Below, piece by piece: positions 49,795 through 59,221 of a DNA stretch of 64,000 nucleotides. Each line of letters starts with the position of its first letter. The stretch's first letter is position 1. The translations under genes and the position numbers were made by a program. The DNA comes from Carcharhinus amblyrhynchos. Lineage: Eukaryota. Location of the stretch: contig OZ336870.1 in NCBI GenBank assembly GCA_965287045.1, forward strand, positions 94,736,001-94,800,000. Reading direction: 5' to 3'. The notes beneath the pieces are model-generated. The model had not been told where the DNA came from, did not search any database, and saw nothing but the letters and a program-made list of their open reading frames with translations.

Positions 49795-51019
49795 GCGAAG
49801 ACAAATGCGAGGTGATGCATTTTGGACGGAATAATGCAGAGAGGAGCTATGTGATAAAAGGTAGGCCGATTAGGAGTATAGACGTACAGAGGGACCTGGG
49901 AGTGCAGGTTCACAAATCCATGAAGGTTGCGTCACAAGTGGAGAACGTTGTTAGGAAGGCTTATGGGATGTTAACCTTTATGGGAAGGGGCTTAGACTAT
50001 AAAAGCTGCCGTATAATGCTTCAGTTATACAGAACGTTGGTTAGACCGCATTTGGAGTACTGCGTCCAGTTCTGGTCACCTTATTACTGGAAGGACGTGG
50101 AGTCTCTGGAAAGGGTGCAGAGGAGGTTTACCAGGATGTTGCCTGGCATGGGGGGACTGGGTTACGAGGAGAGATTGAAGAGACTGGGGCTATTCTCCTT
50201 GGAAAGACGGAGATTGAGAGGGGACATGATAGAGGTATATAAGATACTGAAGGGAATAGATAGAGTTAATAGTGAGAGACTGCTCCCTAGACTGGGTACG
50301 AACACGAGAGGTCATCACTTAAGGGTGAGGGGGGGGAGGTATAATTTGGAGGTAAGAGGAAGGTTCTTTACGCAGAGAGTTGTGGGGGTCTGGAATGCGC
50401 TACCGAGTAGGGTGGTGGAGGCAGGAACGTTGGACTCGTTTAAGATGCAGTTAGATAGGCACATGAGTGAAACGAGAATGGAGGGATATGGTAGGGGCTA
50501 TTAAATAGGGTTAAACCTCGGGAGACACCGGAAGGGCAGGCTGTATGATTAATATTTTTTGTCTTTATTCCACAGGTGGAGGTCCACCTCGTGTCAAGCG
50601 AGGGGCATGCACACGGCGGGTCGTGCGTGGGCTGCTCTTGGAAGTCCAGGAGTGGCCTAGTACTTCGTGTCGGTGTGTGTGCTTGATCCTGGACCGGTAG
50701 ACGGGCGCCACAACAGCTCAGTGACTAGCACTGCTGGCTGTGCAGATACATAGATTTGGGCCTGTGTCTGTGGGAGTTTGCGCATTCTCCCTGTGGTTGC
50801 GTGGGTTTCCTCCGGGCGCTCCGGTTTCCTCCCACACCCCAAAGATGTGCTCTTAGGCTAATCAGTTTCCACCAAATTGACACTATTTCTTCCCTGAATC
50901 TGACTGAGTAGGGTTCCATTCGTAGACACGCAGGGTAGAATAGGTGTAGGGTGATGCGGTGGCGCGGGCTCGTTGGGCCGAAGGGCCTGTTTCCCGTGCT
51001 GGGTTGTTCTTTGTTCTTT
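49795..51019 (+). mobile_element. Young CR1 LINE 3' portion with an open ORF2 end (stop at 50504) and a ~515-nt 3' UTR containing a V-SINE-derived segment
   Basis: ORF 49779..50504 has no stops (DKCEVMHFGRNN...LVRPHLEYCVQFWSP...RMEGYGRGY); V-domain at 50765..50850; CR1-type tail gggctcgttgggccgaagggcctgtttcc...(gttcttt)n. Confidence 0.9.
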
Positions 51020-51229
51020 ATAGTATTTAATAAAATTCAACATGGTTTTATCCCCTTGTTCGTAGTGGGTCTGCAGCCTTGGACACAGTTAACCATGTCA
51101 TTCTTTATCAATGCCTCTCAATTGTCATCCAGCTGGATGGGACTGCTCTCGCCTGATTAATCGTAACCAGTGAACCATTTGCAATGGCTTCTGTTCCTGC
51201 TCCCACACCATCACCTTGGGTTATTTCTC

Positions 51230-51650
51230 CAAGGACCTATCTTCTATTTCTCATTGACATGTTTCCAGCCACACCATACGAAGACATACCATGAATTTCC
51301 AATTAGTAAGCAGAAGACTCAGCTCTACCTCACCATAAACTCTCTCAAATTAACAAACTGCTTATCCGACATCCAGCACTAGACAAGCAGAAATTCCTCC
51401 AATTAAATATTGGGAAGATTGGGACCACTGTTTTCAGTCTGTGCTTCAAACTCTGTTCCCTAATTACTGATTCTGTTACTTTCCTTGGAAAAATCTGAGA
51501 TTAAACCAATCTGTTCACAATCTTGTTGAACCCAAGATGAACTTCCGACTTCACATTCTTGTCATTGCTAAGACTGCCTACCTTTATCTCTGTAGCATCA
51601 CCTGACATTGTTCCTGTCTCAGGTTATCAGCTGCTGAAACCCTCAATCAT
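51230..51650 (+). mobile_element. Old L2 LINE RT fragment
   Basis: gcagaagactcagctctacctc (ADDTQLY-like) ... ttcctccaattaaatattgggaag ... gctgctgaaaccctc. Confidence 0.65.
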
Positions 51651-51651
51651 A

Positions 51652-52845
51652 GCAACTTATGAAATAGGAGCAGGATCAGGCCATTTGGCTTTCGTACCTG
51701 CTGTCCACTAATGTGATCATGGCTGACTCTGTCTCAACGCCACATTCCAGCACTCTCTCTATATTCTTTGGCACTTTTATAGTCTAGAAATTGATTTCCT
51801 TCTTAAGTAATTTCAGTAACAAAGCCTCCACAGCCTTCAGTGTAGAGAATTCCACCCTTTGAGTGAAGAAGTTTCTCCTCATCTCTATCCTAAATGGCCT
51901 ACCCATATCCTGAGGCTGTGACCACTTGTTCTAAATGCCCTCGCCTTCTCCAGCCAAAGAAACAACATCCCTGTATCCAGTTCATCCAGTTCTATCAGAA
52001 TTTTATACATTTCCAGGGATGCCCTCATTCTTCTGATCTCCAGTGAGTAGAGGTCTAGCTGACCAAATCTCTCTCCCATTGACATTCCGGCTATCCCAGG
52101 AATCAATCTGGTGAACATCTGCTACACAAGTCTATCCTTTCTTAGATAAAGAAATAAAACTGCACATAATACTCCAGGAGTGGCCTCACCAAGGCTCTGT
52201 ACAGCTGCAGCAATACATCCTTGCTCCTGTAATCGAATCCTCTTGCAATGAAGACCAACATTCAATTTGCCTTTTTACCCATTTGTTGTATCTGCATGCT
52301 TGATTTCAGATAAAAGCAAAATACTATGGATGGTGGATTCTGAAACAAAAACATAAAATACTGTAAAATTTCAGCAGGACTAACCGTATCTGTGGAGAGA
52401 TCTCTACAGATGCTGTCAAACCTGATGAGAATTTCCAGCAGGTTCTGATATTGCTTACTTTAAGTGACTGCTGCACAAGGACACTCAGGTCATATCACAA
52501 CTTAAATAATGCTCTGCCTTTCTGTTTTTCCTTCCAAAGAGAATAACTTGACGTTTGTCCATCCACATTGCACTGCAAGTGCAATTTATTTGCATATCTA
52601 AATCATTCTTACAATCCTCCTCACTGATCACATTTCCACCAAGTTTTCTGTCATCAGCAAACTTGGAAACATTACATTTGATTCCCTTATGTAAATCATG
52701 GATGTATATTGCAAATAGCTAAGGCACAAGCATTTGATTCTTGCAGGACTCCTCTTTGACTTTATGACCTCACTAGTCACCACCTGCCATATTGAAAGAG
52801 ACCCATTTATTCCTACTCTCTGTATCTTGTCTGCTAATAAATTCT
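51652..52845 (-). mobile_element. CR1 fragment with a PLE-like fold-back insertion
   Basis: ORFs 51885..52118 (FTRLIPGIAG) and 52628..52912 (QRVGINGSLSIWQ). Confidence 0.85.
52310..52452. mobile_element. PLE-derived short element in fold-back arrangement
   Basis: ...cagcaggactaaccgtatctgtggaga|ga|tctctacagatgctgtcaaacctgatg; degenerate flanking repeat tgcttgatttcag / tgcttactttaag. Confidence 0.6.
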
Positions 52846-52849
52846 GAAT

Positions 52850-54720
52850 CCACAGAAACAAAAAGCAGTAAAGGAAAAAGTAGAAGGCAGAGAAACTAAA
52901 GACAAAAATCAAAAAGAGCCACTATACAGTGGAGAACTCAGTATATGGGTCCAGTAAGGCTAAGAGAAGTAAAACACGGAGAGTGTACAAAACATGACAG
53001 GACAGATGGTCTGAGGTGTGTTTGCTTTAATGCAAGGAATATGACAGGTAAGGCAGATGAACTTAGAGCTTGGATTACTACATGGAACTATGATGTTGGG
53101 CAATTACAGAGACTTGGAAGAAAGAAGGGCAGGACTGGCAGCTTCACATTCCAGGACTTAGCTACTTCAGATGAGATAGAAGGGGTGACAAAAGAGGTGG
53201 GTGTGTTGCTTTACTGAATGTCACAGCTAGGGAGGGAGGACACGTCGGTGGGATTATGCAGCAAGGCCATATGGATAGAACTAGGAACAGAGCGGTACAA
53301 TCACACTGTTGGGCTTGTACTACAGACCTCCCAACAGCCAACGTGAAGTGGAGGAACTGATATGTCAGCAGATTATGAGGAGAGGTTAAAAGATCAGGGT
53401 TGTTGTGATGGTCAATTTTATCTCCACCAACAGAGACTGGGATTTCTTTAGTGCCAGGGACTTGAATGGGTCAGAATTTGTTCAGTGTGTCCAAGAGTGC
53501 TTCTTGAGGCAATATGTAGATAGACCAATTTGGGAAAGGGCTATTTTCGAACCAGTTCTGGGAAACAAACCCAGACAGGTGACTGATATCTCAGTGGGGG
53601 ACCATTTTGGGAACAGTGATCACAATTCTATAAGTTTCAAGGTACTTGTAGAAAAGGATAGAAGTAGTCCGAGAGTGAAAGTACTAAACTGGGGCAGGCT
53701 AACTATGACAGTATTAAGTAGGAGCTAGGGAATGTAGACTGAGGGTGACTGAGTATATTCACATCTGATATATCACAGTCCTTTAAAAGTCAGTTGTCCC
53801 TGTAACAATGAAGGATAAAGATGGCAAGGTTTGGGAACCATGGATGACAAGAGCTCAATAAAAAAGAAAAAGAAGGCATACATAAATTTCAGGAAATTGA
53901 AAATGGATAAGACTCTTAAGTAACACAAAGATAGCAGGAAAGAACTTACACAGGAACTTAAGAGGGTAAAAGGGAGTTATGAATTGTACTTTGCATGCCA
54001 GATTAAAGGAGAATCCCAAGGCTTTTTATCCATATATAAGGAAGAAGAGGGTAGCTAAGGAAAAGGTAGGTCCACTCAAGGATAGCAGAGAGAATTTGTG
54101 TGTGAAGCCAGATGAGGTGAGTCAGATCCTTAAATACTTTGTATCAGTGTTCACAAAGGAGAAGAATGTGATGGATAGAGAGTGTAGAAAGGAGGATATT
54201 GACATTCTAGGATATGTTGAGATAAAAAGGGGGGAGGTTTGGAGATTTTGAAATATATTAAAGGTGACAAGTCCCCATGGCCAGATGGGGTCTATCCCAG
54301 AATACTGAGAGAGGCAAGCAAAGAAATTGTTGAGGTCTTGGCCAAAATCTTTGTATTTTCTTTAGCCATGGGCAAGGTGTCAGAGGATTAGAGAGTAGCT
54401 AACATTGTTCATATGGTTTAAGAAGGGCAGGAGAGATAATCTGGGAAATTACAGGTCTTTGAGCTTTACATCAGTGGTAGGGAAACTATTGGAGAAGATT
54501 ATTAGAGAAATGATGTACTCATATCTGGAACAGAATAGGCAGCATGGTTTTGTGAAGGGCCAAAAGATGGCTGATGGAACTTAACCTGGACAAATGTGAA
54601 GTGATCCCATTTGGAAAATCTACTGTAGAAGGAATGTATATAGTAAATGGAAGAGCCCTTAGAAATATTAGTATACAGAGAGATCTAGAATTCAGAAACA
54701 AGCATTTGGGGAATAGCAAA
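52850..54720 (+). mobile_element. CR1 LINE, endonuclease to RT, decayed and internally deleted
   Basis: ORFs 52945..53217 (LRCVCFNARNMTGKADELRAWI), 53405..53728 (HFGNSDHNSISF), 53979..54251 (KENPKAFYPYI). Confidence 0.9.
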
Positions 54721-55514
54721 AAAGAAGCCAACATTAGGTTTTTGTAAAAGGGATTGAAGCATGTGTGAGGCTCTCTTGGCAACACCTCTATCGTTAACAC
54801 TCACTTACTCTCCCAAGCATCCTACACCTTTCAATTGCTTTACCTCCTTTCCCAGGAGTTATTTAAGGTTGATTTTAATGGCCTGAAATTGCAGGTAGAT
54901 AGATATATTTTCATATAAAATCCTTCTGTGATTGATTTTAGTGACATTACGCTATCTACTAAACTTGTAAAAAAATCCTGCTTTTCCTGTAGTTGAATTT
55001 CAATGGGGATATTCTTCCAATCATCGACTATAATGTTGCTCCACAAAGACCCTATGGAGGTCGATATAACTGCCTACTATTTTCCATGGACCTTCTGTCA
55101 AAATCATAGCAGATGATTCACCCCCTTTAGTCTGTATAATCCAGTTTATTCTTATGGCCTGCGACTTGTAAGTAGCATTTCCCTACAAAATTCTATAATA
55201 CAATCCAGGAATGCATTATGGCAAATGAGAAAAATCCTTTTGCTGCCATAGTCCTTGAAGCAGAGTTAAACAGCTGCATAAGTTGGAGATTGCCATGTAA
55301 GTGTAATAAGCAGCAATGGCAAAAGGTTCAAGTGGAAACAGGTATTGGTGGCAAATCAAGAGGATGCGGCTTGATGCACTATTCCTGTCCCTGCACACAA
55401 ATCAGAATATTTATTCTATAATTCCATGTATGATCAGTTACTGAATAAATGGATCTGCTGAAAGCTGCCTTAAAACATATCAATCTCAATAAACCTTTAT
55501 ATTATTTATTATTG

Positions 55515-56414
55515 ACCATAGAAAATTACAGCATAAGAACAGGCCCTTCAGCTCTCCAAGCCTGCACTGACCACGCTACCTAACTTAACTAAAAGCCTTT
55601 ACCCTTCCAGGGCCTATCCCTCCATTCCCATCCTATTCATGTACTTGTCAAGACACCCCTTAAAAGTCACTGCTGTATCTGCTTCCAATGCCATCCCCCC
55701 AACCCCCACCACCCCCAAGCAATGAGTTCCAGGCACCCATTACTCTAAAATAAAAAATCTGCCTCGTACATCTCCTTTAATCCTATGCCTCTAGTAATTG
55801 ACTCTTCTACCCTGGGAAAAAGCTTCTGACTATCCACTCTGTCCATGCCTCCCATAATCTTGTAGACTTCTATTAGATTGCCCCTCAACCTCCATTGCTA
55901 CAGTGATAACAAATTAAGTTTCTCCAACTTCTCCTCATAGCTAATGCCCTCCATACCAGACAGCATCTTGGTAAATATTTTCTGTACCCTCTCCAAAGCC
56001 TCCACATCCTTCTGGTAGTGTGATAACCAGAATTGAACACTATATTCCAAGTACAGCCTAACTAAGGTTCAATAAAGCTGTAACATGACTTGCCAATTTT
56101 TTAATTCAATATCCCAGCCGATGAAGGCAAGCATGCCATATGCCTTCTTGCCTACCATCTCCACTACCTTCTCCACCTGCATTGCCATTTTCAGTGACCT
56201 GTGTACCTGTACACCCAAATCCCTTTGCCTATTAATACTCCTAAGGGTTCTACCATCTACTATGTATTTCCTATCTGTATTAGACCTTCCAAAATGCATT
56301 ACCTCACATTTGTGCGATTAAATGCCATCTGCCATCTCCATCAGCAACCGTTCCAAGCACCCATTACTCTGAAATAAAAAATCTGCCTCGTACATCTCCT
56401 TTAAACCTATGCCT
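55515..56414 (-). mobile_element. CR1 3' fragment
   Basis: ORF 56069..56299 MHFGRSN...RDLGVQVHRSLK; tail catagaaaattacagc. Confidence 0.9.
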
Positions 56415-56419
56415 GAGGG

Positions 56420-57078
56420 TGGAAGGGACTGTTGGCAGGTGGGGGTGGGGGGTGGGGTGGTGTTGGGAAGTCAGAAGAAAGAACAGGGGAGTGGCTTTCT
56501 TTGGGCTTTCCCCTCACACTGACAAAAGGGTGGCAATCAATCAATCATAGGGCCAGCAGCTGAGCAGTGCCACTGGGAGCAGTGGTTACTGCCAACATTG
56601 TACTTAGTATGGAGGACAATGTAGGAACAGGCTGGCCTCCTAACTGGCAAGTGGGTCTGGAATAACCATGTCCCAGAGAGGGGCATGAGATCAAGCTGGC
56701 AAGGCAGGAGGTGAAAATTACCATTAGGAGTTCTGTGGGCTACTGCTACCTGATCAGGAGGATCCCAATTCCCCAAGCATGCAGGGACCCTACCAACATT
56801 CATCCTGATCAGCTGAAACCCAAGGTAAAATTCCAGTGCAATGAGGAAGAGTCCCCAAAATTAGCTATTTAAATGCCTTAATTGGCCTCTAGGTGAGAAG
56901 ACTGATCATTCCTTTCCCATTGCTGGCAAGAAGCTGACAGGCACTCCAACACAATCTCCCCTACCAACCACCATCCCTCCCTCTCCCCGCCCCAACACCA
57001 GTCTGTCTTCATTATTTTGCACCCCTTTCCTTTTCCACTTCTCAGCTTATCCTTGGAGGGCTGGTAGGATCCAGCTCA
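56420..57078. mobile_element. Decayed GC-rich non-autonomous DNA element
   Basis: GC-rich block ending ggtaggatccagctc, resembling the MITE ends elsewhere in the window. Confidence 0.35.
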
Positions 57079-58014
57079 AAGCATGCACATGTAGCACAGG
57101 CGGTAATTCCCAAAACTATATCCATAGTGTTGAAAAGACAAGCACCATGTAACCAAATTTTGTTACCATTGTCTTCATTCACCAAAATCTTGAACAAATT
57201 GCAATACAGCATTTAATTTAAACATCTCCCAAGCATTCCAGTTTAATGAAACAAGAAGACAGTAATTCAATTATTTCTTTATTTAACACTTCTGATTTCA
57301 ACTCAAACATAAACAGTTGCAACTCATTAACTCTTAACTTTAATTGGAACTGAACATCAACTTTAACTTTTTAACTGAAAATAGATGCTATCTAGTTTAG
57401 GAAAATCCTGGCCAAGAAATATCATTGATGTAGAATCTTTCTTCTTTTCTGAAGCATCCTGCAGGAGACAGATGATTTTTGCAATGGTTAGTTTTTTTTT
57501 CAAGTTATTGCTGACAAACAAAAGACTGCGGTGTCTTTTATCCATAATTTTCCACTTGCTTCCAGAAGGTTCTCTTTCATCCAGCCAATGAATTGATCAG
57601 AAACCTTAATTGCATTGTTCAATTAGGCTAATCAAATACAGGCCAAATAGTGTAATTTGTCACTCCAAACCTCATCATCTCTAGGCACCTTAAATGCATA
57701 TTGTTTACATTCCAATGCCCAAATAAGGAACACTGGCTCCAAATGTCTATAAAGAACTCTTCTCTACCAAGGTCAAGCTGTTAAATTTGACACCTTCTGT
57801 CCTTTGATGAATTTACAGGCCATAGGCCACAAGAAATCCCAGCATAATGAAAAATCAACTTTACCCATAGCATCATAGAATCCCTTCAGTGTCGAAGGAT
57901 GACATTCGGCCCATTGAGTCTGCACTGACCACAATCCCAACCAGGCCCTATCTCCATAATCCCAGACATTTACTTTAGATAGTCTTTCTGATTTAGCATG
58001 GCCAATCCACCTAA

Positions 58015-58154
58015 GATGTGGAGATGCCAGCGTTGAGTTTGTGTTTGTATATGCCTTGTTTGTGAACACAACTCCTCACTCACCTGATGAAGGAGCGAGA
58101 CTCTGAAAGTTTGTGCTGCCAAATAAACTTGTTGGACTTTGACTTGGTATTGTG
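58015..58154. mobile_element. PLE-derived insertion with inverted structure; exact 12-bp TSD caatccacctaa
   Basis: TSD at 58003..58014 and 58155..58166; minus-strand 3' end at 58015..58035 followed by a plus-oriented hammerhead-bearing segment. Confidence 0.85.
58081..58115 (+). ncRNA. Minimal hammerhead ribozyme motif (PLE type), slightly decayed
   Basis: CAC-CTGATGA-a-GGAG(cgaga)CTCT-GAAA-GTTT-GTG: stem I CAC/GTG, core boxes CUGAUGA and GAAA, stem II hairpin; stem III is AGTT versus AGCT in the sibling at 3606..3617. Confidence 0.7.
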
Positions 58155-59221
58155 CAATCCACCTAACCCACACATCTTCAGACTATTGAAGGAAACTAGA
58201 GCACCCAGAGGAAACCCACGCAGACATGGGGTGAACATGCAAACTCCACAGAGACAGTGACCCAAGCCAGGAATTCACCTGGATCCCTGGTTCTGTGAGG
58301 CAGCAGTGATAACCACTGTGCCACCCAAAAATCAGGTTTGCTTGATTGAAGATTTTTCAGGATATTAAAAGTTAGATCTACATTCAGCCACAAAATAAAA
58401 GTGGAATTATCATGCTTTCTTCCTAGGAATCCAGAAATAATCCTAGGAGATGTACTTATAGCAAATTGGTCATCTGGAGTTTCTTTCCTTTCAATCTCAC
58501 CAGAGGACGAGTTTGTGAAACATTAGGGTAGCCCATGTTAAAATGTTACAACTGTTGTATTTGCATTGGTGATAACAATGTGATGGATTTCTGGTAAGTT
58601 GCTGACAAAATAATAGCAGGAATAAAGTTATTTTTCTAGTTGACCCCGACTGTAAAGTTATTGTAGAATTGCTTAGTGGCGAAGTATTTTCAGGCTGCTT
58701 AGAGGGCTCTCTGGGTGGTCATTATTTGTTCCTTATTTTAATTTGACCAAGGATTATATACTTAGGAAGCCAGCAGGAGAATTTTGATATTACACACCAA
58801 GGAAGATTCTTGGGTTCATACTCATCCTCGCCTGACTCAGTTATATCATTTGATTGACCAAATGCATATTAATAGCAATTGAAATGAAAACAAACCAAGC
58901 AAATTGTGGTGAAATAGTACTGCAGAATATATTCTTCTTAATTTAAACCTCTTTGATTTCTTTTGGAATTCCATTCCTTTTAGTAAATTGGTAGAAAGTG
59001 CAACACAATTTATCATGAATGAATTTGTGCAGTTCATCATTCTAAATCAAAGATTCTTTTGGAGTGCTATGTTAAATACTTCTGACCAATTTGCCACTGA
59101 CTATTACCTACACATTCTGTGAATGTCTGTCATGCAAAAATAAATAGTAAATACATTCACTTAGAAGAAACAATTCTAATTTTCACCGCACAGCATGAAA
59201 ATCCCCAAGTAATTATGCTTT

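Larger units (their letters stand above)
57866..58326 (-). mobile_element. V-SINE interrupted by a PLE-derived insertion
   Basis: Head gggtggcacagtggttatcactgctgcctcacag, V-domain ctgtggagtttgcatgttcacccc, CR1-type tail. Confidence 0.88.

Noticed and set aside
54844-54895. Micro-exon candidates on both strands (ELFKVDFNGLKLQ on +)
   Set aside because: Too short and strand-ambiguous to support.
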